Shown in pieces: positions 48,002-60,651 of a stretch of 64,000 nucleotides of DNA. The translations under genes were made by a program, and so were the position numbers. The stretch lies in contig JBLDXI010000015.1 of assembly GCA_047495785.1 (NCBI GenBank), forward strand, positions 4,650,001 to 4,714,000. The letters are read 5' to 3'. The DNA comes from Lepidodermella squamata. Its lineage: Eukaryota > Animalia > Gastrotricha. The notes beneath the pieces were generated by a model. That model ran no database searches. It worked only from the letters and a program-made list of their open reading frames with translations, and was not told the DNA's origin. The first letter of the stretch is position 1, and each line of letters starts with the position of its first letter.

Positions 48002-48993
48002 CCATTTGTATATTTTGTTATTTTTCATCTGCAATGAGCTTTCCTTGACGTCGGATGGCGGCAAATTTTTTGTTGATAATTCCCAAGTAAATGTACAGTA
48101 TAATCTGAAATCAGCAGCCGTAGCGATTAAACGGCTTTACTATACTAGAGGTTATTCTGAAACTTGACTAAATTATAAATACCGAATATCGACTACTTCA
48201 CAAATGGGTTGTCATCGTTGTTTCATCTCGTCATCATTATTTTGTTTGATGCCGAAAAATCACATATATTGCGTTGAGAAAGGCCGTTATATTAGCAAAC
48301 ATTAATTTTCGAGAAAATAGCGGCTATTTTTATATATTATCATCTGCTTCTTTCTTTTCGTATGCTTTTACAGAATGGTCGTGGTGCTCGATGAACGAAA
48401 GAGATGAAAGCAAAAAAAGACAAAATAAAACTTTACAAGTCATTAACAGCGCTTTTGTTTGGTTTACTGGGAGTTCTCTGCCATTGAAATGCGAGTGAAA
48501 ATACCTTATCATTGCAGAAAAACAAAACCTGGATATTTCACCACTGTTATGTTGCAGTTTATGCTCGCTGTTTTTTTTGTAGTAAGATTTTAACAAATTA
48601 CGCGCTTAAACAGCTTTATACCCAAGCGGAGATGCCGCACACGCGTGTAAACTTGCGCTTTTTACATGCATTTGTATGCCCGCGAGTTATACAGTACAGC
48701 TTAAATGTGCCCTTCGCTGATGACGTAGTAGACGGCGTAGCAGCAGAAGTACACGCAGCAATGTTTTTGGCAACGTGCTGAAGATTGCACTGTTGCTCTA
48801 CACGAGAGCCGGCATCCTCGCACCCTGGCATCCACAAGCCAAGTTCACACCTAGACATTAGCAACATACGCATGGCCATAGGCTACAAGACTTTGTTTGT
48901 TAAATTTCTATTCCGTGTTTGTAGGTATTACGCAGAGATTAATCTTGTGCCAGACACTTTTAGTGTGAAAATGTGAACACCGCAGAAAAGATC

Positions 48994-51306
48994 ATGATTA
49001 TCAAACGGCGCGCTTTCGAGCGCCTTATTCCATTAGGGATCATCTTTATCTTCTTCCCGTGTCTGGGATTCCTATTCATCGCTTTGCCTAGTATGAAAAC
49101 GCCGCAAAATTCAGCCGACGAAAAATTCGTATTTCTGGCTCGAGATCGAGGTGCGGCAAAAAATGAAATCATTCCAGAGCCTTCGAAGTTCAGCTTCGAC
49201 ATGGCTGCTAACGAGTATGAGAACTTGGCTAAAGGACACCAGATTATGAATGAATTCTCGGAAGGCTTGGAGCAAAATATTAACATGGTCACTACGCCTG
49301 AGGAGGACTCTGGGAACGACAAAGATGAAGTATGCAAGCAGCCAATTCTTCAGCCAGACGGCTCGACGCTACCTGACTATCGCTCTGAACAACGCACTTG
49401 CTTGCAAAGATTTGGTCAGAATCCTGTCGAGGTCACTATTCTTGGATCAATTGACCCGAAAAATCCAAAGCGAACAGTGAAATTGCCTTACATCGTCCCT
49501 ACGGCTGACTATCGTAATCAAGCTTCGCACATTGAATGCACTTACGTCCGCGTGACAGCTAAAAACGATTTCCAAATAGAATATGGCTCGGCAGAATCAT
49601 TAGGACGCTTGCCGGCACCATGTCCCCACGAAGTCATTCAAATAAATTGCACTTATCCGACACAAGATCCCAGACCGTCGCTATTTCATAACGGAACGAT
49701 TGACTTGGATATTTTCAAAGGCGTTTTTCGCTGCATGATTCCCAAAGAATCGGAAAAGGCTCGTAAAAACCCATCCACCTCAAAAAAGCGCAGTTCGAGG
49801 TTCAAGGAACAATTAAATATTATTATGATTGCCCTTGACTCAATGTCCCGAGTTACCTGGCTCGATCAGCTGCCGAAAAGCTCCAATTTTTTCACAGAGA
49901 TACTAGAAGGTGTCACTTTGGAAGGCTACAACATAGGTAAGACATGAGCCTATCATTATGAATCGATGAGTCGAGACATTTTATTGATGCCAATCGCAGT
50001 TGGAGACGGAACGACGGTGAATATGCTTGCTCTTCTTAGCGGGCGCTTTTACAACGAGCTTCCTGAATCAAGGAGAGGCTATAAGAATGCCACCACAGTT
50101 GACAATTTTCCATTCATTTGGAAGCAATTAAGTGAGCAGTCAGCTTACGTCACTCTCTACGATGAAGACATGCCGTCAGTCGGGACATTTCAGAACCGGT
50201 AGGATACTCCTTTTCAGCTAGGGCTAGCCAACGCTACATTATTCATGTAATAGAATGATGGGGTTCAAAAGTCGCCCGACCACCTATTACGGCAGACCAT
50301 TTCAGATGGCTTTCAAGGACTTATCGCCACGCATTTACGACTGTCACGGATCTCAGTCAACTTACGATGAAATGCTGAGTCAAATTGATGATTTATTCAA
50401 AATTCACCCTGATGAGCCCAAGTTCGCATTTGTTTTTAACGACGCCCATTCTCGTCCTGCTTTTGATGGAACTCAAGATGTTACCAGTTTGGACGATGTT
50501 TTGCTGTCGCGGCTCAAATCTATGCACGTGCAAGGATATTTTAATAATTCACTAGTCATGCTGCTGGCTGATCATGGTTTGAGAAACGGTAGGCATCGCG
50601 CAACGGCTAGAGGGAAGCTCCAAGAACGAATGCCCTTCATGAGCCTAGCTTTTCCTTCTTGGTTCTCGAATAAATATCATCGGGAATACACAAATTTAAA
50701 GGTCAGTCATTCTGATTAGCTATATATTCTAATAGTTAACCTTGATTAAAATTTCAGAAGGCGTCCACCGCCTTGACGACGGCATTTGATGTTCACAAAC
50801 TGCTTCAACAGGTTGGAGCAATAGCAGAAGATGAACAACCCAAAATGATACCCAAATTGCGAGGACTTGATCTTTTCCAACCATTACCGTCGAGATCATG
50901 CCAAGAAGCCGGTGTTTTGCCACATTGGTGCTCGTGCCAGCTTACATCCTCGCTCGATAAGGTTGATTCAATAGCAGATGAAGTCGATGGGATTCCATTG
51001 GCAGCGTTTTTGGAGGTATTCGGAAAATTCTCGGCTGATGTGCTGCATCCCGTCACCGACCTCTGTGAAGCCCTAACGCCTTGGAAACCTTTTCTCGTGG
51101 AACGAATTCAAGGTGGATATGTTCAAATTTCGTTCTACACTGATCCCGGAAACGGCCAGTGGGAGGTTACGTTTTTCGTGGACCGAAATGGTACCATTTC
51201 TGTTGCCGAAAGATCGGTAAGCCGGACTAATGCCTATGGAGGTGCCCCATTTTGTATTCGAGAAAAGTATCCTCATCTTCGTGAATACTGCTTCTGCAAA
51301 GGTTAG
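48994..51306 (+). CDS. DUF229 family protein (copy 3); introns 49937-49999, 50199-50253, 50702-50757
   Basis: N-terminal TM, ALDSMSR, EGYNI|VGDGT, LADHG, RGKLQERMP, LTTAFDVH, HWCSC, SRTNAYG, REYCFC. Start approximate. Confidence 0.88.
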
Positions 51307-53295
51307 CATTTTTTAAATATTTCTTGTTACCTAGAATGACATTAACATTTCTGTTCCAGCTCTTTCAAGCCGCTGGAAAGCCAAGTGAATAAAACGATGA
51401 CTTTTTGTAATGTATCTCTGTTTATTAATGCTTCAATTTGGGACTATATTTGTGTTTCATGTAATGCAACACAAACAATGGCAAGAATGGATCAGAAGAC
51501 ATTGATGAAGAGCAAGGCACCGGACTTGTGCCATGTTCCGTCAAGCGTCAAGCGCAAAACGTCACACTTTTCTGCAAAGCATGCAGCAAAGAAAATTCAA
51601 TTTTTTATAAATAATAAATGAAGTCAATATTATTTTGCTTATTGTTTGCAATTCTTATTTGCTTTACATTTTTTGTTCATTTAATCGGATGTTAAAGACC
51701 CGCTATAATAGTCGCGGTTTTATCCGATTCTTATGAATGAGCTCAAAACCACCATCCAAATGTATCGAACGGCGAAACAAGGACTCACTTAACGGAAATC
51801 AGGTTCAACAGGCGAAATGCTCGATCCTGGCTACAGTTTAAAGATATTGAAATTTCACGGCTATCAAGTCGACATAAAAGATGGAAGTTTCCCTCTCTTT
51901 CCATTCAATCTTCAAGTGATGGCCCCCGGCCCTTTTGAAGCTCATTGTGCTTATTAGCATGTTCACTCGGCTACGATCGATTGGCAAAACGGGAAGCCGT
52001 CCTTCTTACAATATAAAATCTGAGAAATATATTTGTCTGCTTGTATGGTGAATGGGTGTTAAGCTGGATTTCCTGGCCGAAAACCTTGGCGAAAAGCTGA
52101 TCTCGTCTCTGGGGACTGGTCTAGTATAAGTAATCTCAAGCGCATCTCTTGATGGCTGTCTACGTTTATTTACTGGTTGAAATCGTCATTCAATTATGCG
52201 AATAATAATGTACTGCGTTGTGAGTAATATAGCTGTTAGCTGTTAACCGCAAATTAACTGATTTGCGATTTGCGATTGAGATGTATTGCATTCCGCTAAT
52301 TTCTAATATCCTTACTCCTTAGCCATCTATACTGTCTCGCATCGCGAATAATCAAGCTCTTGATTGGAGAAATAGTGGACAATGCAGTGAATAGCATACA
52401 TGAAATCACAGATTAGAACCTGTCACCAACTATGCAGGACCGCCAACTATGTCGTGTTCTCTGATTGTTTGCCTAATACAATTGGTGCATTGGTACAGTT
52501 GGTGCAAAATTTAATACAATTTCTAAGCGCTGTTCATGGCTTGCCAATCTGATGCTTTCGATAGCGCTGCAATTTTCCATTATTCTCTCGCAGGTCGAAG
52601 GTCGCCCGTCTGAAGTATTAATTCTTCGGTTTTCGCCCCCAATCCCCTAAATTGGCGATGTTGCGGATGAAGCTACTGATTACATTCTCAATTTTCGAAT
52701 TAAGCATCACTATTTCTATGAGGTTACTTTATCCGCGAATTGAAGTGTTCATATATGTCTGTATGTAAGTTGACAGAATACCCTGAAGAAACACATCTCC
52801 ATACATGGAATGCTTCTGCTTTCGTTTGGCGTTCACAGTTTCAATTAAGAGAGAAAATTCTCAATTCAGCGACGCAATAAGCTGCGCAAGATTAATTAAA
52901 TCTGATTTTTACTTATTGCTGTTGCCACTTTGATCTCGCAGCACCAGCATCCAGTTTTACGGTGTAACTAATTTTTTACAGTGTTGGATCGTATATATAT
53001 ATTATTAAACTTTTTTCTTCTAATCGTAGCCATTTTTCAATTGATTGGCGTTTCGGTGTATGTGACGTCAAATATGGGCTTATTTCTTTAGTTTAGACAG
53101 GTTGCAGCTGCTTAATTACTTCAATGTTCTGCAAATTCTGGACGGTTGCAGCCTTACCGGTATGGAATAATTCTGGGTTATTATTGCCTGTTGTGAAATA
53201 GGTCATTGATTCAAGTTGAAAGCACCATGAATTAACTTTCAAGTTTATTTCAATAGACATTTTAACGATGTTGAAGTCTTAAGTGCCCCGCCTAT

Positions 53296-55995
53296 ATGGG
53301 CAACCAAAAAAGCTGTTGTGTTCATACGGACCATCCAACCAGACACAAATATGTCATAGACGGACATCAAATAAACTGTACCAACGGTACATACTCGATA
53401 CCTAGTCACAGCGAAAGCACTGGATTCGGAAGATTACTTCGCCGTGTTCGGCGAGCCGGCTCGCAAGGTGGAGAGGAAGAGGATTTCAATGGTGCAAGTT
53501 CCAACCATGTTGATGTGCTAAAAAGTTGGCTGTTTTCCGTAATATCCCAGTTCTAATGATTTTAATTGTTTAGCAAATGGCAACGTCAATGGATCCGGTA
53601 ACGTTCGGTTTCGTGATCATTCCCAACGTTTGAACGCCGATAATCGCGTTAGTGGCTCGAATCAACAAGCTGCTGGAGGCAGCTTCTCGCTTAGAAGGTC
53701 TCTATCAATACTGCAGCATATCAGCGAGCGTGAGCCCGATGGTAAGTTCTCGCACGATTTGCAATCTAGAATTTGTATAGTCTAGACAAGTTGTTTGACA
53801 TTTATGCAGTTAGATTCTTTCACTTTTTGTTATTCGTGCCTGATGCGCCAAAGAACGCTCATTACTAATATATAGTAGAAGCGCGAGCATATTATTGCTA
53901 TTTAAAAGGCGCGCCGCCTTCCATAAATACTTGGCCTTGTGTAAATGTTTCGCCGCGAAACGCGCGTGATGGGAAGTGAGGGGAGATCCGCGTTACCAGC
54001 ATCTTGATTCTGTCATGTATACACCGCTTTATATAGCGATGTTATTGCCCTGTTATCGTCTGTTTGATATAATTTGCGCTACTGCGCTGAAGATTTAATA
54101 ACAATGCTGCGCATTTCGAGTATTGGCGGACAGGGTAAAGGTACTTGGTATTGCTACTATCGCCTAGTGGTGAGTCTATACAGTTAGCAAGCTGGATATA
54201 CCTTCACGCTGCCTTCAGACAATTACGTAGGATAACAGTTGGTTAGCTTTCGGGAGGCACGTACCCATCATTCCAAGCTGGAGGTACAAACACCCCGGTG
54301 AAGTGGGCCAATTTATTACTGGTCTTTAATGGGCTCAATAAAAACTGATAAACAATTGAGTACTATTTGGGAATAATTGTTATGCAAATTTGTTTATTCT
54401 TTCAGATGTAACGGGAGACCCGTCGAACAGCCCAACGGCTCGCACAATATTTATCTCTTGTTCGCGGCTTGATCTCTGCCGAGGTGAATAATGATGAGCT
54501 TAAATTTGATTGATTGAATAACAAGTGTATTTGTATTTAAAGTGTCGCGAAGTAAAAGCGCGGGTCGAATGAGCGAGGTATGAATGGAGTAGATTTTATG
54601 TAAAAAAACTGTCATCACTAATCAATGTGAAATTTGATAGGCGAGATACAATGGTGCACCATCAAATCGCGGGCAGCATCACAACGACAATTGTGATAAT
54701 TGTAATAATAATAATGGTTTCGCATCGACGTCACACCCGCACGGTGGCCTGCAGTCGCCACGCAGCAACCACAGCTTTCTGCTGTCGGGGCGGAAAAGCA
54801 ACTCGTGCTCGACGATTTTCATCAGCGACTCGACGCCGAGCCAACCGAACCTGAAGTATATGCTCAAAGCCGTAGCGTTGGCGCTGTACTTTCACCTGCG
54901 CAACCCGCAGTTCGGCAGCGGCCAGCGCACGTCGTCGGCGAACAACGGCGGCGCTGGGTCGTACCAGTCCCACGCGAACAACGGCAGTGCGGCGCCGCAC
55001 AGTGATATTTTCGACGAGCGCGTGCACCCGTTGTGGCTGGAGCCGGCCAACGGAGGCGACCCGCAGCCGGCTGGCTCGGCCGCCGCCGACCACCACCACT
55101 CGTCTCTATTCGCCTCGTCGTATGCGCCGACGCCGCGCATGCCCGACTTTCGGACCATTTATCGATTTTTCCGCATGCTGTTCCACTCGGCGCAGCTGAC
55201 AGCCGAGTGTGCTGTCGTCAGCCTCGTCTATCTCGAGCGCATCATCACATGCGCAGAGCTGCAGTTGACGCCATCAACTTGGCGTCGCTTGTCACTCGGC
55301 TCTGTCCTCCTCGCCTCTAAAGTCTGGGACGACCAGGCCGTGTGGAACGTCGATTTTTGCTCCATTATTAAAAACGTATCTGTCGAGGAGATGAATGAGC
55401 TAGAAAGGTTTGTAGCTGCTCTTCTGCCTTAACGAAATATTTTTGTGATTGTTCAAAAATCGATAACACTATCTTTATATTACGCCTCCCGGTCGATTTT
55501 AATTGAATTGTCATTGATGTGATTTTGCAGAATCGTGCTCGAGCTGATTCAGTTCAACATCAATGTGCCGTCGTCCGTGTACACGAAATACTTCTTCGAT
55601 CTGCGAACACTCGCGGCCGAGCACGGCCTGCAGTTGCCGGCGGCGCCACTGAGTCGTGAACGCGCTGCCAAGTTAGAAGCCGTCTCTTGGATACGGCCCG
55701 ACTCGGTGCCGAACGGCGGCGCGCAGAGCGGCAATCAAGCGACACAGCCGCCCCTTGATTCAAGCATGAACCGATCTGATGCGAATGCCGGTCAGTTGAC
55801 AATAAAAAAATCAATTATTTTGTATAGTTCATTATTTTCCTGACAGTGTGGTCAAATCTGGCCTCAGTGCCGGCTATCGCAATGTCACCTGGTGCCAGTC
55901 ACGGAGGCTCTCCGTCGAGTCTTCATCGTAGTCGGTCAACTGACCACCTTCTAGCCGAGCGTTACCGGTCGAGGCAGTCAATCGTAATACCGTGA
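53296..55995 (+). CDS. CCNY: Cyclin Y, about 7 coding exons
   Basis: MGNQKSCC lipidation motif, [103 protein letters not shown]-terminal RSRSTD. Confidence 0.96.
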
Positions 55996-58004
55996 TCACC
56001 GCCATTTATAGTTCAAATAATTTATACTTAGCTACCGTTGTACAGAATAATGTCCATAATTATGATGAGCTAGTTCAAAGATTCTGCGTTGCGCTGTCTT
56101 TTTTATTTTAGTACTACAGATTTCTTATTCAGGAAACTCACTGCAGAGAAAACGTGTGTTAGAAAGTTATTGTTTATACTAGCGTAATTACTAATGGTTA
56201 AATTATTATAATTATTCAGAGGAACGGTAAACTCTACTCGCACTCAGTGCATAAAATAACGCCTCGTATTAATTATATATTTGTTCACAAACCGTAGTGA
56301 TTAATTATGTTCGAAGCGCTTCGTGATGATTCTCTTGCTATGAAGTATACCTAATATTTAATTGACTGAGATCTGAAGCAAATACTAAGTTCATTGTTGC
56401 AAAGGAGATGAACAGTGCCAATCACAGGAAAACTCGGCTCGATTGTGCAAAGCCTGCGATTTGAGGCGTTGTGCATCCGCAATGCCTGACTGACTCCGGG
56501 CCATGTCTTTCTCGCTTGAAAGAACACGAACCCTATTCTCTCCTTTTTCGCCTATACATGTCCTAATTCTTCTCCGACTAAAAAATGTCTTCTTTATAAT
56601 ATCGACCCGACTGAATAATTTCTTTTTATTTTTCCACGGCGCAGGAGCGCTCGGACAACGAAGTTTTCTCATCTCTTGACCTGTTTGTTTTTCGGAAAAA
56701 TCCGTGTAAAAATAACAAAGCAAAACTTGGCGTGCATTGCATTTTCTAGTCGCGAGTGCTAACGTTAAATCGTCAAAACTACCGTATCCTCACGAATACC
56801 TATGTAAAAAAAAATGTCATGGGAACCACTGTCCGCCATTGCAGTAGTGGTAGTATCTCGTAGCAGTAGTACAATCGCAGCGCGTGCCATTTGTGTTTTA
56901 AAAACATGCCATTGTTGTCAAAATCGCTCATTATTTCTTACGGTAAAACAATATTTGTAGTAAATGCACATCGCGATGATTCACTCTTCTAGTGTCGTCC
57001 ACGCATGCAGGAAACCTGGCTCGCTCTTTCGTCGGCGTCGTCTCGCGTTCTACAATTTGCCACGATCAACATCGATATATATATGTATCTATGAGAAACG
57101 GCAACAATTTCCTATAATAATTTATTTACGAAACTTGTACCTCGCGTCTTGAGAGTATTATATCTTTATCATCCGCGTAGCTTAGTGATTCGTCCTGTGC
57201 ACTCTGTTAAATGTCTTTTATATTACGTACAATATATTATGCCTATGATTGCTTAGTGATACATATCAGCAGCAGCCTTCGACGGTAAGGCATTTGCCAT
57301 GATGATCGCCATTGGAAGATCAAAACTCGAACGGAAATAATAATAAACACGTCTCTTTCGCTCACTGTAGTTCACTTCGAAGAAGAAAAGTTGTGTACAC
57401 CATTTTTCGAGAATTCTGATACTATATAACGAAAATATTCATCAGAGTAATAATTGAACGAAATAATTGTCTGTTGTTTTCTACTGTTAAGGCGTTGCTG
57501 CGATATCGCGCACAAAATTATCGTATTTGTATATTTTGAACAAACGAGTTGCCGCCGTCCCTAACTTCGTACTGAGCCTTCAAACCACGATTTTTGTTTT
57601 CTTTTACTGATCTTGAGTTTTAAGAACGATTTTTGTTTCAACATTGGTCATTCGAAAAGGCTCCACTCATTGCTATTATAATCATTATTGTGGCCATCGA
57701 GGCAATGTGCCGCATCCGAAATGGAATTTCCTATCACAAGTAGTGCACAGAGTCGCCGCCGTTTTTGTATGCTCGTCCTTTACTATCACGATAATAATAT
57801 TGTATTGCTCTGTTATTAACATTTTTAATGGCATGATATTGTTATTATCGCGCGCGCACGCGCGAAGTGCTTGTATAATTGGGCGACCCGGTTTTCGGTA
57901 TAACAAATTTTGCGGCCTCGAAAATTGATGGCAAAACGAGAAAATAACATCGTATAAAAAGTCAGAAGAGTGTTCGATGTGAAATAGAGAATTTTGCTTT
58001 ATCA

Positions 58005-58070
58005 TGATTATTATTATTATTATTATTATTATAAAATATTATTGATAATATTATTATTATTATTATTAAT
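58005..58070. repeat. (TTA)n microsatellite, two runs
   Basis: Directly visible ATT/TTA trinucleotide runs. Confidence 0.9.
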
Positions 58071-59004
58071 GAATGAAAATTCTTCTCTTATTCGTTGTTG
58101 TCTCTCTTTACTATTGTTTCTGTTGCTATACTGTTGTTGTTGATATGCGAAACGAAAACGCAGCGAGATGGATAAAAGAATAAAAAGTTTAACCCGTGGG
58201 CTACTACACTTTTTTGTGTGTGCAAATACAAATAATATATTTTTATTCGATATCATTTGTTTGATTACGCATTAATGCTTCCAGACGTGCGCTCTCATTT
58301 GTTGGCGCCAAGGCGAGATGCGGTATATGATCGTATGCCGCATATTGGGGGCGGCGCTGGGCCGTAAAAAATGCGGCGGAAAAGTTGCTGACTGAGCGAT
58401 CGAATGTTTAGCGATCGCGCGTTTTTTGCACATAGCCATGTGGGTAATGTTCGAACAATCATGCGGCTCCAAAGAATGCATTCAAGCCTCAGTTATATCG
58501 GTATGCCCGCCGCGAGTACCGCCCTTGCTCGCTTTTCGGCAGTGCAACCCGTCATTTTTTCTCATAGCGGATGCTACTCGCGCCGCAGTTGCGTTTACAG
58601 CGTGGACGCTCGCACTTGAACGCATCTTTTAATACATGAATCCGTGATACTCTGGGCATAATAAAACCGGCGCCTATTCTCGCAGCCGATGATCTCCTTT
58701 GTTCCGATGAGCACGTAATATTTATGCTATAAAACGCAAATACCCAGCGATTCTTCGTTTACATCTTCGAATTCAGCTTGCTGACCGCATCATTGGCCAG
58801 CCATAAAATTGCCTCGATTTACTCGTTTGGTTTGTCCGTCGGTCGGTAGGTCCGACGGTTTTGCTTTTATAGTTTTGTCAGTTTATTTGACGGGGTTTAT
58901 CTTGAATCTATAATGGGATTATTTTTCTGCGCAAGTGAATGAAAGATTGTCACAAACAACTCTTCCTTCCGATTAGTATCGAAATTGGAAACGCTTAAAA
59001 ATTA

Positions 59005-59751
59005 ATGTTATCAAGCGTCGACAGCAAACGAACGTCTCCGACGGCAAATTCGTCGATATTGCCGCCGGACAGATTTGAAGTGGGCGAAGGAAAATCGATA
59101 ATTCTAGCTGCGGATATACCTCACGGAACAGAACCAGGTAAGCCTAAAAAAGTAGGCCGTTCCTTTTCTTATTTAACACTTCCCTGCGTTCTTTTGTTTT
59201 TTCGTACCTAGCTGGCTGGACGCGGGACGGAAATCCGATTGTTGCCGACGCCAAAGTGCCGACGAGATTCCGGAGTTTCGAGCGCATCTTGAACGGTGAG
59301 TCATCAGCTGACTATGACGTCATCGCTGGACGCAAGAACGGTCATAGCGCGCCGGCAACGGTTCGCGCCTTTCTAGCCATCGATTCCACGCTTCCCGAAG
59401 ACAGCGGTTCCTATGAGCTGCTGTGTCGGTCTCGCGTTAATCCAAGCAACGTCATTGCATGCGCGGTTGCCAGCGTTCGCGTGAAAGCCCAGCCCGATGC
59501 TAAGAAACGAAAGGCAGATGCAACTGGAGCACTGTCCTCGGAACTGCCATCAGTTCACTACCCGCATCCAATGGCACCGGTATTTATTCGCTCGCTTCCT
59601 GACAAGGTAATTAATTCATGGCAAAGAGGTTGAACCTGTGCTGATGGCGTTTTATTTTTTGAAGGTCTATATAGACGCTGGGGACACTGTCCAGTTGGGT
59701 TGTCGGTTGTGGGGATTGCCTAACAACTTTGTCAACTGGACGACTGCCTGA
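59005..59751 (+). CDS. Intracellular I-set immunoglobulin-domain protein (about 204 aa; one full and one truncated Ig), possibly a pseudogene; exons 59005-59137, 59212-59606, 59665-59751
   Basis: EVGEGKSIIL..W.RDG.PI..L.I....PEDSGSYEL, then APVFIRSLPDK|VYIDAGDTVQLGCRLWGLP...VNW and a stop. Canonical splice sites preserve the frame. Confidence 0.6.
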
Positions 59752-60651
59752 CGCCGAGAGTACTAGATACTCTGTCAACAGAAAATCAAGCATGGTTGAT
59801 TGATCCTTCGATGAGTCCAATTTTGTCTTCTTAACATTAATTGTCTTCAATCCATCACAATTCCTCATCCGCCTCTTCTCTCACCGAATAGAATATAATC
59901 ATCTTTTGACTTTGTCGCATTCTTTGAAAAATTGTTTTTCTGCAAATTTTGTAGATATTTGAAACATTGCTGTCGCGTGTAGTAAGTCCTAGTTATATCA
60001 ACTATCAACATAATTTTATCGACCAGTGTCAACAAAAAAGAATGCTCTTTTGCAATAAAATTATTACTGGTTTTTTCAATATCAATCAGATAACGTGATC
60101 TTATGAACGTAACGGATAGATTATCCGAGTTACCATAATTCGGAACGGAATCGTGGTTCTTGTGCCAGTCTATCATTGCTATTCCTAGTATTTGCCTTTC
60201 TCGATGGAATAAGTAATAGGTATGCAAATTGCTTTAAAGGTGGTTTGTTTACCGATCGGTGCACAGCCGCCGAGCAGGTACATTTTATAGAAAAAATTTA
60301 CACCTTCAATCTTTCTCTCTGCAACGGCTGATGAGTAGCAATTAAGGCCGTTTGCCGCGATACACGTTCTTGCTAGTTTTTTTTATATAGCTTGTTTACG
60401 CGGTCAAATCGATCAGCTTGAGTACCCTGGAGCTAAAAAAATTCTAGAAAGCAACAGTAAGATTGGATCTTGATGCAGCAGAAATTTTCGAATGACACCC
60501 CAGCACATCATTTTATTTAACGAGCTGTCTAACAAACGCTCGACGATACTCTCCAAAATTAAAAGAAAGAACACTAGTGGCGGCACAGCAAAATAATAAC
60601 AAAATAAATTATTTTAGGAATCAATTCGATGAAATGTTTTGGCCTGCAAAA

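Noticed and set aside
48616-48879. Cys-rich 87-aa minus-strand ORF between DUF229 copies 2 and 3
   Set aside because: No signal peptide, recognisable Cys pattern or splice support; probably the promoter/5' region of copy 3.
52110-52150. GGGGACTGGTCTAGT resembling a tRNA 5' half / A-box
   Set aside because: No B-box (GTTCRA) or cloverleaf downstream.
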